From positions 118,730,001-118,794,000 of the forward strand of contig NC_088793.1 in assembly GCF_011386835.1 (NCBI RefSeq): a stretch of 64,000 nt of DNA, given 5' to 3'. Both the position numbers and the translations under genes were made by a program. Position 1 is the stretch's first letter, and each line of letters opens with the position of its first letter. This stretch comes from Chrysemys picta bellii (Eukaryota). The notes beneath the pieces were generated by a model. That model was not told the DNA's origin. It did not search any database and worked only from the letters and a program-made list of their open reading frames with translations. Of this stretch, positions 11,610 to 24,434 are shown one piece after another.

Positions 11610-14600
11610 TCTTCTCTGAATAGTGTCCCTGTGGATGCTCCACTTGAGGTGCACATGTGCCCCTGTACCTTTGATTGCAGATTTTTTGTAGCAGTGCCTC
11701 TCTTGTCAATAAGCAATCCCTGTTAGTGACAGGCACTCCCACTGCATTCACTGCTTGGGAGACTCTCACGTTCTCATGCTTTTCTTTTAAGGAAGGATCC
11801 CATAAAAACAGGGAAATTAAGTATAGACTATTAATGAAGGAGCAAACTTTAAACCCAGTTTTAGGCACAGGTACAGAGAACCCCCATGTCTGTCAGTGCC
11901 CCATCATCATTGAGATCACTACCACAGAGAGCTTCCAAGGAGAAAATGACACTGAAACCCCAGTCTCCAACACTCTCCTTGACTGAGGTACAGATAACCA
12001 AGCCACCAGTGCCAAGCACTTTCTATTCCAAGTGTAAGGAAGGGGTTAAGAGGAGCAAAACAACAGAGAGTTCCTCATCAAAGATGATCTGGTCACCAGC
12101 GGTCTCAGGCTCCGAGACGAGTGCTAGTGAGACTCTGAGTACAGTGAGTATTGTGAAGCACGTTAATATTTCAGCTGCATCCCATACTTCAGTGGTAAAG
12201 GGCTCAGTACTGAAGACTGCTACTGCAAGGGATCAGCTTCAGTGGAATCTTTGATCCCCTCGATACCAACATCCGCACCTCACATAATGGCCTCTGCAAC
12301 ACCATCAGTGTCAGTTCTGAGTTCTGTTGTACTTCTGCTACTGCAGGAATTCTGGTACTCAAAACATCTTATGGTACTGAATGAGTCTGAGTCTCCACTC
12401 CTTGTAGCCTCTGGATGCCTCTCAGTCCCGAGATTGGCTGGGTCACTGACTGCTCATGTTTCTAGGAGACCTACCTCTTCTCCACCGTTGATGATCCAAT
12501 AGGAGGGGTTGTCACCTTTAATACAATATGTGGAGGAGCATACTGACTCAGATTCTGAACTTTCTCTTCAAGGATCCCCAATTTGTTCCAGGAGATGTTA
12601 TTCCCCGTTACAAATACAACAGAGGCAGGGCACCAGTCCCCTGCCTTCCAACACTTGGGATGCCCAGCATTAGTTTCCCCCCTATGCCTTATGGTCTGCC
12701 TTATTGGGATACATGGGCAATGTACTGCCAGCAGTTTTGAGGGACCTCAACTCAGTCCCAGAGGAAACCACAAGACCCCATTTCCCAGGACCATCCATCC
12801 CTCCTCCCCATTCTGTGCCAGAGGACACCTTTGAGGAGCAAGAGGCAAGGGCAGACAAGAAGGTTTTTATTTTCTCATCCACCACCAAACTCTCTGGTCA
12901 TGGATGCAGTCAATGAAAAGGGGCACGTAGCATACCCAAAAGGCCACCCCTTATAATAAGGGGCTATATGGGGCTGGGGCTCTTTTGTCATGAGAGCTGT
13001 TTGTCAGCAACACTTCAGTTCAGGATAGCTAACCACCAGATGCTGTTGTCAAAATATGACTACATGAACTATGAAAAATTAATGCTTTTATTGATCATTT
13101 ACCACAGGAACTTCAAGAACAGTTAAGCACATTTTAAAGGAGGGTCAGTTTTTGGCAAAAAATTCACTTCAGGCTTCATTCGATGTGGCAGACACTAGAA
13201 CCAGGTCTATTTCCACGGCAGTCGTGATGAGGCAAGCTTCCTGAATTCAATTGTCCAGGTTTCTGCAGAAGGTGCAGTCAACTGTGGAAGATTTACCTTT
13301 TGATGTCCAGAAACTTTTAGCAGATTCCACGGACGAGTCTCTTCTTACCCTAAAGGATTCTCGGACAACATTTAGGTCTTTAGGGATATACACATCTGTA
13401 AATAAAAGGAAGTTTAGCAGCTGTCAGTCAACATAAAGATCCTGCCCTGCTCAATTTTCCACCAGAACCACCAGCTAAGAGGTCAAGGTTTTCAATGAAA
13501 AAGCCTGCAACTATCATGACTTCTTTATCCCAGTCGTCAACATTGTTTAAATGCCAGTTTTGATGGTTTTGTTGAGAATCCAGACTACCCAATGACAAGG
13601 TGTCATCAGCCACATGACACAACGCACTTCCTCAAATTGGACATTCCCTCTCTCTATTTCATCAAGCGTGGGAGGTTATAACACTGGACAAATGAGTATT
13701 GGAAGCCATTACTTCGGGTTATACTATCCAATTTACTTCCACCCCACCCTTCCAATCCTCTTCCCCATCTCGTGTCAGGGACCCCTCTCACAAGCAATTG
13801 CTGACACAGGAGATCTCATCACTCCTAAGTCTAGGAGCCATAGAGTCCGTTCCACTTCAACACAGGGGGGAAAGGTTCTATTCAAGATATTTTCTGATAC
13901 TCAAGAAAAACGGGGGTTGGAGGCCAATACTAGATCTCAGACAATTGAATAAGGATTCCAGACATCTGAAATTCAGGGTAGCCTCCCTAGCAGCTATAAT
14001 TCCCTCCCCGGAATCAAGGGACTGGTTTGCGACCCTCGTCCTCAAAGATACCTTCTTCCATGTAGTGATCCATCCTTCCCACAAAAGCGTTGTTCTTTTC
14101 ACTTTCAGTCACAATCATTACCAGTATCAGGTCCTACCCTTTAGCCTGTCATCGGCCCCAAAGGTGTTCTCAAAATCATGGAGGTCATCGATGCCTACTG
14201 CTATCGTCTAGGATTAATTGTCTTTCCCTACTCCAATGATTGGCTTCTCCTGGGTCAGTCATACCAGGAGGTGTGATCAGCAATTCAAACAACTTATCTA
14301 TTCTGAAGTCTAGGCCTGCATATAAATCTTGATAAATCAATCTTGACCCCCGTACAACAAATTGATTTGATTTTGGAGTCGATAGGGGGCAGAACTTATC
14401 TCCCTCTCCATGGGTTCCTTGTGCTAAAGAACCTTATACAAAGATTGCAGCTCAGCCAACAAGTTCCAGCAAGGATATGTCTGAAACTGCTGGAATACAT
14501 GGCATCTTGCATTTTTGTAACACAAAACTCCAGGTTGTATATTTGATGTTTCTGGGGTAGCTTAGGACTGTTTATGTACCCAACAAACACAGTGTCAACA

Positions 14601-15100
14601 AGCAGGTATCTGTACCCAGTCAGGTCCTACAGCCATCTGGTGGATGAATCCATTCAAAGTTTTGTGCAAAAATCCTGCTCAACCAGAATCCTCTACAGTC
14701 ATATTAATATTGGACACTTCCATCATGGCATGCAGAGCACATTTGGGTTCTCACACAGTCCAAGGTAAATGGGCACAACACTTGCACATCAGTCTGTTGG
14801 AATTCGAATTAAGGACAGTCAGAAATGCTTGCCTCCACTTTCTTCCCCTACTCAAAAACAAGTCCATCAAGATCATGACAGACAACGTTGTGTGTAGAGA
14901 AGGAACTGAAGTGGTTTGCCTGCACAGTGCTGTATAGCCTTGGTATGGGGCATGAGGATGTGTAGGGCACATGTACAGGCACAATGGGCACTGCTACCAA
15001 AAATCTCTGATCAAAGGCACAGGGGAGCATGTGCACCTAAAGTGGAGCACCCTCAGGGACACAAGAGCTCGTTATTGCTCAAGGGAAGTAACCTCTCTTT
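11610..15100 (+). mobile_element. DIRS1-type retrotransposon with both terminal inverted repeats, degenerate gag, RT and 5' RNase H; YR and ICR deleted
   Basis: ITRs of about 74 bp: 11623-11696 vs 14989-15062. Gag-like motifs FLFSHPPPNSLVMDAV (~12870) and FRIANHQMLLSKYDYMNYEKL (~13020). RT at 13699-14211. RNase H motifs DTS..CRAHLG...QGKW...HISLLE...IMTDN at 14710-14890. The 3' end is shared with the element at 1-1025. Confidence 0.9.
13699..14211 (+). pseudogene. Degenerate DIRS reverse transcriptase ORF fragment
   Basis: The ORF reads ITSGYTIQF...EISSLLSLGAIESVP...FYSRYFLILKKNGGWRPILDLRQLNK...LKDTFFHVVIHPSHK...YQYQVLPFSLSSAPKVFSK. These are RT motifs, with the LDLKDAY and LPFG motifs eroded, followed by a frameshift. 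Confidence 0.9.
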
Positions 15101-17953
15101 CTGCCATTTATTGTCATTGTGGTCATTCAGGATTCCAAGGCACTTTTTCAAAGATTGGGTAGTTTTTTGGATGTCCTGGCCAAAGATAGCCATCTCATTA
15201 TGTTTACCTAATTCCCACTTGCAGTTTCAACTTGAAATAGTTTTGCACTTCCTGTTGTATAGTCTTATTGTGCACTGCTTAGCAAGTGTCATGTTCGATC
15301 ACCGTGGTAGGTGATGTGATCCATTATATAGTTTGTGTGTCAATTTAAGACCCCCACCCCAGTCCTACAACCAGATCTTTACAGATGGATGCTTACACCT
15401 CCTTGGAGCCCCATAGTTAATTAAACAATTTGGCATGAATGATGCTATTAAGAAGATATGGTATTGTTGTAGTACTGTTATAATATTATTGAACCAAGAG
15501 CATTTTCTGTTTGCTTGCTAGGTGGAGATCTGCATTGTTTCTTTAAAAGCAAATGGCAGACATGAGAGAGACTTGGCTTCTGAAGCTTATTTCCTGTCTC
15601 TCCTTCCCATCCCACCCCTTGAAACAACCTTTCAGAACATATGTTTTGTGTATTATGACATAGAAAAAGACATGCAGGCTTTCCCCATTTTGTTAGTATT
15701 TGTAGCCCTTAATGATAAGGATCTCATTTATTCAGAGTAAAACCTTTTTTCCGCCAGATATACTTGTGATATATAACAGTTTTTAGCCAAAACTCTGAGA
15801 AGTGCTTTCTTTTGAAAGGTTACAATATTTACATAAGAAAAGCTCGATTGTAACACTGAACTCTTTTAAAGTTGTTGCCAAATGGTCCTACTCTTTATTT
15901 CCCTTTATAATTTTCCCTTGGAGATTTGCCCCACTATGCATTTTTTTAAAAATTCCCTCCACAACTCATCACCTGCTTCAGCAGAGAAATGACATTGTAT
16001 GGCAGTTGTCTCCTTCATATCAAAAGAAATCCTTTGCCTCTTCGCAGGAGTGACAGAGCAAAGGACAAAACTGATTTTTAAAAAATGCTTTATTTAGACA
16101 ATACATTCTCTACTCCTTTAAAGAAATTCACAACGTATTTGGAAAAATTAAGCCAAATGGTGCTTTAATGCGCTCTAGCCCACTCCCAAAGGAAAAGATC
16201 AAGTCCTGTCAAAGATCTTGGAAATCTAACATTATTTTGCAAACAAATGAAAAAATACTGAAGCTAGTCAAGTCATTCAGAAGTTGTAGGTTTGGTTTTA
16301 TGTTTTGGGATTGGTTTGTTTGTTCCGTTTTTTCTTTTTCTTTTTATATATATATATAACATAATGCTGAAAAAAGTATTTGTACCAAACCTGCAATCTG
16401 CCACCAAAAAATGCCATTTTATGTACTTGTAAGGTAGTTAAATGTTCTCTCTGTTAGAAGGGGTCACTAAAGGTGGGTTTGTAACTTTTTTATTTTGTGT
16501 TTTGAAAAGCACAAAATAAAATTTACGAGATGTTTAATGGAGAAACTCTTAGATTTGAGGTTTGTATTTTCACACACATGATATGCATACACAAGTATAC
16601 TTGTGCATGTGTTTTTATATGTGTATATATATGTATGATGAATACCAATATGTGTGCGCAGATATAAGTATACCAATGTATGGTACATAATTACATTAGA
16701 GATGTAAGGAATAAAGGGGCTATTTTTTGAGTGGAATGGGCATTGTGTTTACTATAAAGAACTGCCAAACCAATAGTTTACACAACTAAGCAAATTCCTT
16801 TTGTTCATGAAAATTTGCTAGCCCAGGCACAAAATCTTCTGTCTAGCCTTTACTAGATTGATGATAATTTTAAAAAAAGTAATGATATTTTACTTGTTCT
16901 TCAAAAAAAATTACTGGTCCCTGGTGAGTGGAGGAGTATCATTTGGCAAGGCTTCATTCAGAACACCTTCTTGTGCAAACTAAGATCCCAGTCATGCAAA
17001 CGTATATACATGAGGGTAACTTTTAAGCATATGAGTAATTCCATTGAGATTTCTTTTGTCAGTAAAGAACATACATACCTGTTTGCAGGATTGCAGACTG
17101 GTGTATGTTTTGTGCCCAGTGCTGTCATCAAGTCCATAATCAGGTTCTTTACCTTAATTCTTTTGGTGTCATCTACTGAAGGACTGATTCCATAACCCTG
17201 TGAACAAGGTCAGGACTGACAAGAGAAAAATCTGCCGTGGTGCAGAAGCTTGGTTTTGGGGGGAAGAAGCAGCAGCAACAATGTATGACATTCACATGGT
17301 TTGATTTGAAAATTCCATTGAAGCTACTTTTGGCCATTAATGGTTCTCAAAGAGCCCAGGATGTGTAGATACGTTTTCATGTACAACTAATGTTCACTCT
17401 CCACTAGAGGGATTTGAAATCTTATTGCAAACAAGACACCTTTGATAAGAGCAAATAAGTGAATTTCCTAAAAATGACCCCCACTCACCCAGGGGTATTT
17501 TGGTTTGGTTTGGTTTGGTTTGTGTGGCTTTTGTGACAGACAAAGGAGCTTTAATATAGGATCAAAAGAACTTTATTTTTTAAACAGAACTTGTCCCAGT
17601 TGCTTTTCTTATGCCAATTTCAAATTCTCCTTTCTCCCTCCTCCGAGTCCATCACTCTGTTCCCTTGGAACAGATAATAATCTATACCTCCTTGCGTGAT
17701 GTTATGTTGTATCAGTTCAAATTAATAAGTGTGTACATTTCTGGAGGTTTGTGTTCGATCTAATTCTGTCTCAGATTATACAGTAACTAATTCAACACTA
17801 ATAGCCTCCCAAAGCAGGTAAAAAACTAATTGCCTGCCTCTTCCTTAGCTACCTGTGAATGCTAAGAGATGAATGCTCTGACGAACCATAACACACCCCG
17901 CAGTGAGATAGATACGTAATGAGAGCCTGTGCGTGTGCTTTCTCTTCACATAG

Positions 17954-18099
17954 GCAAGGCAGTTTTCCTGGCATGAATCAGAGTGGTATTATGGGATCCA
18001 GTTCTCCCTACACACAGCCGATGAACAACAGCTCTGGCCTGATGAACCCACAAGCTCCTCCTTACAGCATGGCACCTAACATGGTGAACAGTTCAACAG
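17954..18099 (+). CDS. ARID1B: ARID1B coding exon (146 nt, phase 2-1): [48 protein letters not shown]
   Basis: Acceptor cacatag, donor gtaatg. The peptide closely matches human ARID1B as recalled ([28 protein letters not shown]). Confidence 0.97.
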
Positions 18100-19034
18100 G
18101 TAATGGTGGGTAACGTTTCAGGAGTGACCTTCCTCCATGAATATCTTTAAAGGTACAAGCCCTCGAATGATGGCAGAGGGATTATCCTTTATACAGTTTA
18201 CCAGCTAAGTGCATGTTATTAACTCTATACTGAGTTGAGGTGCTCAGATTTTTTGGTGAAATACTTGATACATTTCTGCTACAATCAAATCCTCTCACAT
18301 AGTGTGTACATGAATGTGATGATTTTGAAAAGTTATTGCAGCATATTTGAAGTTGAGTCCAAACTTGGCCTACCTTTTGGGCGTGTGGAGAGAGAGAGAG
18401 AGACTCCTACATTTTCAAAAGTGACTAATTTTGGGTGCCTTACTCTTTGAGATCCCAACTTGAGACACTGAAAATGGGCCTGTTTTTTAGAAAGCGCTAA
18501 GCATCTGTCTTCTGAAAATCAGGCCACTTCAGGGTGCTATAAGTTGGGCACCCACAATAACTAGTCACTTTTGAAAATGTGTACCATATACATTGTATTT
18601 GAAAAGTCGGTATATCTATATAGTGCTTCTTTCCTTTGCTTGTTGACATTTACTATATGAAACAATTGGATTCAGTCATAACTGGAAAAAAGTGCCAAAT
18701 GCAAACAAGATATATTTGAAATACCTGCTAAAATTGTGTTACAGGTTGTGCCTTGCACTATGGGAGTTTAAGATTATTATTAGTACTGTTATTTGTTGCA
18801 CTGTATGTGGCTTCCATGCCCCGTAGCACCTGTGAAAGGGAGACAAATTAATGTAATTCTCTGTTGATAATATGCTTCTGTGTTACATGTTAAAGTGTAC
18901 AATATTGAGAGGCTCCCCACCCCATCTGAAATGTTAACAGCTAAATTCCTGCAAGATCACATCTGAGTAAGAGTTTATTCTTATGATTCTCCAAGACATT
19001 AGGGAGTTTGGGATAGGATTTCAATGACCCTAAG

Positions 19035-19300
19035 GCGGTGATACCCAGACTGAAGCACCCGAGCCACAGGTGGCTCTTTAATGTGCCTCTCGCAGTTCTT
19101 TGCAGCACCCGATATTAAAACACTGTGTGATTTAATTAACCAATCTAAGTTATTTAACCACTCGGTATCTTTTACTATGTTATTAACCAATTGTAGTTGA
19201 TAAAATAATAATGCTTGGTCAATCATTTTGCTGTGACAATAATATACATTTTTATATCATATATTATTTCATAGTAAATGAAACAATGAATTCACATTCT
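19035..19300 (+). mobile_element. Probable hAT-type non-autonomous element fragment
   Basis: Starts cggtgatacccagactgaagc...gtggctctttaatgtg and carries reiterated ttattaaccaat motifs, which I recall from turtle repeats. Confidence 0.4.
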
Positions 19301-21494
19301 TTTGGGTAATGTTAATTGCTAATTTGGCTCCTGAACCACTGAGGTCTGAGTATCCCTGCCCTAACGCATAACTTCAGAATGCTTGAGCCCAAACCTTTGA
19401 GTCTCTATCAATGCACTTGCTATTTATAGTTATTCTTCTTGAAAAAGCTTTGGTTATTGTGGGGTTACTAGAAAGGTGTTACAAAGGTCAGGCAAGTTGA
19501 TGGGATTCCTCTCTTCAGCTGGTACAGTACCTGACTTACCTTTTGTTGCTTAAGCAGTACAGCATGTCAAGTACAAGATGAACTGTATCTTACCAAGAGC
19601 CTAGGGTTTTATATCTTTCTCCCAACTCTACTCTCCCTGTTTCTTTCCTCCTTCCTTCTCATCCTTTCTAATTTTTTTCCTCTTCAACTATCAGTCCTCT
19701 TTTGCTTTCAGATAGAAAATGGACAGTGACATCATAGTACCTCATAATGTCCAGGGTGTTGCTTTTTTTCCCCTTGACCACAATTAAACAGAGGTATTCC
19801 CAGCTAACTTATTTTTCAAGTGATCATGGTATGTTTTCTGTTAGTGGAAGAAAAAAATGGAATCAGAAAGAGATTTTAAAAAATAAAATAAAATTGCTTT
19901 TCCTTAACATTGGCTAGGCAGCCATTTATTTGTCCAGGCAGCACACTTACATTCTGGACGAAAAGGGAAAAGCTATTGAACAGGCTATTAGTTAATGCCT
20001 TGCATTTCCCCCACCACAGCTGTCCCAGGTAATATTGTATTTGGGTTGTGTAGTTATGTGTTTTGTCTGGCTTGCTGAAATAAAATTACTTCTGAGCATT
20101 GAAACTACACTATAAATTCTGGCTTGCCATTAGCAGCAGTAATTTTTCCTCCTTTTTCTTTGGCCCCCAGAGCTGCAAAAATAACCAACAACAAACAGAT
20201 GGCAGAGTTCCCTGCCTAAGAAGATTTATGTATTCCTAAGGAATAACCAGTTTAAAGGAAGATTCACAGAGGGTTTTTTTTGTTCAGATAATTCAGCCAT
20301 TCATTATTTCATACAGTGGAAATCTGTTCAATGCAAGGCCATTTATCCTAGCAGTCTTTTGTATGGGCTAGTCATATTCTTTTTATTGTGTTATGCATTC
20401 TGAAATATTGGATTTTTAATAATTTAAACATTTATCAGAGGGTTTTTTCCTCTTGTGCATTTGTGAGGTTTTTCTTTTGTTCCAGTCTTATTAATTGGGA
20501 GGTTACCCAATGGGAAGTGAAATATGAGATGTGTGCACACACACCATATGTGTATTGTGCTGTACTGATTCTTGAAGTAGGACTACAAGAGAGCATATGC
20601 AATGTATCAGACCAGGGTGAAAAGAAAAGAGAAGCCTAATTTGAGAATATGCTGGTGGTGAGCAAAGGGAATTCTCCATTTCTCCCATGTCCTGAAACAT
20701 CCCCATCCCCAGTCCACCCACATCAAGCAAGTAAGAGGTTGAACTTCCAAAATAATAACTGCTCTAACTGCAGAAGTTATGATAACTTTGTGTTGGGTAG
20801 AGGGGAGACGTTGGGGTTGCCAGAATGCTCTGTTCTTGCTGAAGTGCAGCATTTGAGAAGGTAAAGAGCATACAGATGAAGACTGTTACATGAGTGAAAA
20901 TGGGATTTAGTGTGCCATTGACACCAACTTTGCTGATTGGCACTTCAGCCATTGTTCTGCTAAGTTAAGACAACATGGCAGTTAAAATATGTTTTAGGTA
21001 GTATACAGGGCCAAACAAAAACCCTCTTGTGTAGTGACAAATTGTTACAAGCTTCAGTGAGCAAGTAATTATTTAAATAGAGCCAGCAGGAATATGAATG
21101 TGACAACTATTTCTTCAGCTATAATGCCAGGGGAAAAAACCAGTAAGCACAAGGGGATTTTTTTTAAAAACACAAGCATATTTTAAGAATTTACTCCATA
21201 CAAGAGAGAGGGATTTTGTGCTGATGTTATTAAGGATTATTTTTACAGTGGTTTTATTCAAAATAGAGTTGCATTGTTGCTCAATATGACCTAATATTTG
21301 TTTTTGCAGATTGGATTTTTATTATTAATATTTATTATTCCCAGTCCGCCTTGTTTTTTTCTTTGATATTTTAAATTAAACAGATGCCACAAGTTCCACA
21401 GAAGATAGCTTTGCAATTCTACATCATATTACTTACGCAGTCACCGTATAAAGCAGAGCACATTCACAATTTCTGCTGACACAGAGTAATTTAG

Positions 21495-21590
21495 GAACAT
21501 AGGAGTTGCCAGGCTGGATCAAACCAGTGGTCTGTCTAGTACAGTGTCCTCTCTATGACAGTACCAGATGCTTCAGAAGAAAGTGCTAGG
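21495..21590. mobile_element. CR1/SINE shared 3' tail remnant
   Basis: gaacataggagttgccaggctggatcaaaccagtggtctgtctagtacagtgtcc resembles the reptile CR1-type tail aacataagaatggccatactgggtcagacc. Confidence 0.45.
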
Positions 21591-21949
21591 ATCCCTTGAC
21601 AATTATGAAACAAACTGCCATAGAGGAAGTTTTTCCTTTTCCCTTCCCCCCCATCAGCTTTTATCCTGAAACACACGGGTTTATATCTCTTAGATATATA
21701 TTATCTTATTTAGAGTTAAATTGACCCAATAGTTTGCTTTTTTTTAAAAAAGAATAACACTAATTTTTCACAAAGCTTAAACCCAATAAAAATATTTTCA
21801 TGAGGTGGTTTTAAAATTCTAATGGAAATTGATTATTTGAACAATCAGTCCCATGGAGCCCTTGAATCTCAAATGTTTCAGCACTGTGCTTGTGCATGAG
21901 AATCAGAAAGTGACATTGAAGCCATTCTACCCTACAGGGCCTGTAGTTA

Positions 21950-22200
21950 CTGTGCCATAACTATGCCAGTATAGCCCCATAGTGTAGACGCAGCTTACTG
22001 TGACAGCATGGGTTTTTCCATCTCTGTAGGATATGGAATACCTCCTCCCTGAGTGTCAGTAGCTAGGTTGATGTCTTCCATCAACCTGGCTGTGTCTACA
22101 TTGGGGGTTAGGTTGACATACAATGCTCACAGGTGTGGATTTTTCACCCCCCAAGTGCCATAGCTATGTCAACCTACATTTTAAGTATAGACCAGGCCTG
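21950..22200. mobile_element. Old PIF/Harbinger-like MITE
   Basis: Contains agtgtagac and gtgtctaca motifs and ends aagtatagaccaggcc, a degenerate form of the agtgtagac(a/g)tgccc TIR seen at 40579 and 50106. Confidence 0.5.
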
Positions 22201-23675
22201 ATTTCCTTTGCACTTCCACAGATGCATAGAACATTGAGCAGAACTTCATCTCTCTCGTATTACAAGGGACAGCCCTCATTACAGACCCAAGTTTTCTGTC
22301 CCACACAGACCTGGCATTTTCTTTCTTTTATTATTGATTTTAAATTATTTACCTCAGAAATTCCAAATTATGAAAATAAGATCCTGGAAAACGGTGTTTA
22401 TGCTAAAGAAATTGAAGGGACACTGTCAAGTTAAAAATCATACATATTTTTGTAATTGGCCAAGTGCTTGATACGGATAACAATTACGTTATTAAAAATT
22501 AGAATTTTTTTAGAAAATGAATATATTTTTCACTATGTTGCTATTTAGTTACATTTCCATTTTTCTGATCTCTTACAATGAAAATGCGCCTCATATTTCT
22601 CATCAGTAACTCCTCTGGCTGATAAAGCAGCTTTGCCAATCGGCTTCCCGGGGGGTCTCACTTTTCTATAGGGATGAGGGATAATCTCCATTCTTCCACA
22701 GGAGAAAAAAAGGGGCCTATTGTAAGGTTACAATTGGTGATCAGATTTAGAAAAGTTGTGGCCAAATGCTCACCAGCCTATCAAATGATTTTCCCTATGC
22801 TGACTAGATTTTTCTGAGGATTTTGGACACTTCTTTTGATTTTTAACCCTGCTCCAGAGTCACTTAAAAAGCTTCACTGAGGTCATCATCTCCTGCTATG
22901 TGATACACCCTTCAACCCAGCCCCTGTATATGCACATTGAAACTACTACAGCTACTAAAATTCTCAGGGGACTATATGATTTGTAGAATTAGTAACAGTG
23001 TATGGATCTGTTCACCTCTAGGCCCATATTGGTAGTGACTGTCATTCTGTAACTTGTATGACTTGATGTCTTGCCAGTTCTTAGTGGACAGATATCCACA
23101 TCACAAAGTCATAGTTCGCAGTCTCATCAGAGATTGAATGGTCACAAAGATTAGGGCCCAAACTCCTGCAAAGACTTCTGCTTAACTTTACTTACATGAG
23201 TAGTTTAATTGAAGTTGATGGGACTGCTCATATGCACAGGTCTTTGCGCTATCAGGACCTAGGTTATCCTTTCACCTATAGCCTGAGGTCTCCTCAGGCA
23301 AGGGTTTGAGGCACATTGGCAGTGCTGCTGTCCATGCTGTACCTCTTCTGTGGATGTGAAAAGTATTTGAGATTTCAATGCTGTCAATCTGACATGAGCA
23401 CTAAATTCACTTTTGTGTGTGTGCATGCTAGGGTTACCTAATCACACAAACCCAAGCACCCTTGCCCTGCCCCCGTCCCACCTCTTCCCTGAGGCCCTAC
23501 CCCTGCCATGCCCCTTCTCTGAGGCCCCGCCCCACTCACTCCATCCCCCCTCCCTCTGTCACTTGCTCTCCCCCACCCTCACACACTTTCACTAGGCAGG
23601 AGCTAGGGGTTGGGGCAGGGGTGTGGGCTCTCGGCTGGGGCCAAGGGGTTTGGAGTGTTGGAGGGGGGGCCGGGC

Positions 23676-23864
23676 TCAGAGCTGGGGCAGGGTGTTGGGG
23701 TGTAGGAGGGGGTGCCGGCTCTGGGAGGGAGTTTGGGTGCAGGAGGGGGCTCAGGGCTGGGACAGGGGGTTGAGGTGTAGGAGGGGGTGCAGGCTCTGGG
23801 AGGGAGTTTGGGTGCAGGAGGGGATTCAGGGCTGGAGCAGGGGGTTGGAGTACAGGAGGGGGTG
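23676..23864 (+). repeat. 75-bp G-rich minisatellite (~2.5 copies) inside the hAT element
   Basis: The unit t(g/a)(t/c)aggagggggtg starts at 23701, 23776 and 23851. Confidence 0.9.
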
Positions 23865-24311
23865 AGAGGTATGGGCTGCGGCCAGGCGGCGCTTACCTCG
23901 GGCAGCTCCCGAGTGTCGGCGCAGCAAGGCTAAGGCAAGCTCCCTGCCTGCTCTGGCCCCGCACCACTCCCGGACGTGGCCGGCATGTCTCTGCGGCCCC
24001 TGAGGGAGGACAGGAGGGGGCTCCACGCTCTACCCCTGCCTGCAGGCATTCCTGGCCAATGGGAGCTGCAGAGTCAGCGCTCAGGGCGGGGGCGGCGCAC
24101 AGAGCCCCCCTGCCACCCCTCTAGGGGCTGCAGGGAGTTGCCAGCCGCTTCCGGGAGCAGTGCAGAGCCAGGGCAGGCAGGGAGCCTGCCTTAGCTCTGC
24201 TGCGCCGCGGGACTTTTAGCAGCCTAAAATCTCCTGGTTTGGCTTCAGTAGCCTCCGGGAGATAGAGCCAGATTCCGGGAGACTCCCGGCGAAACTGGGA
24301 GGGTTGGCAAC

Positions 24312-24434
24312 TAGGGTGACCAGATGTCCTGAATTTATAGGGACAGTCCCAATTTGGGGGTCTTTTTCTTATATAGGCTCCTATTACCCCCCCACCCTGT
24401 CTCGATTTTTCACATTTGCTATCTGGTCACCCTA
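24312..24434. mobile_element. 123-bp hAT MITE (TIR tagggtgaccaga) with 8-bp TSD
   Basis: TIRs tagggtgaccaga / tctggtcacccta. Flanks are ttggcaac (24304-24311) and ctggcaac (24435-24442). Confidence 0.9.

Noticed and set aside
1-17953. Preceding ARID1B exon (…[20 protein letters not shown])
   Set aside because: Not found in any + frame I examined, so it probably lies upstream of the window. This stretch is treated as intron.
23676-23864. Regularly spaced repeats as a CRISPR-like array
   Set aside because: Contiguous 75-bp tandem units with no unique spacers, in a eukaryotic intron.
23413-24300. GC/CpG-rich island as a possible internal promoter, and its ORFs
   Set aside because: It lies between transposon TIRs and contains a 75-bp minisatellite, so the TE explains it.
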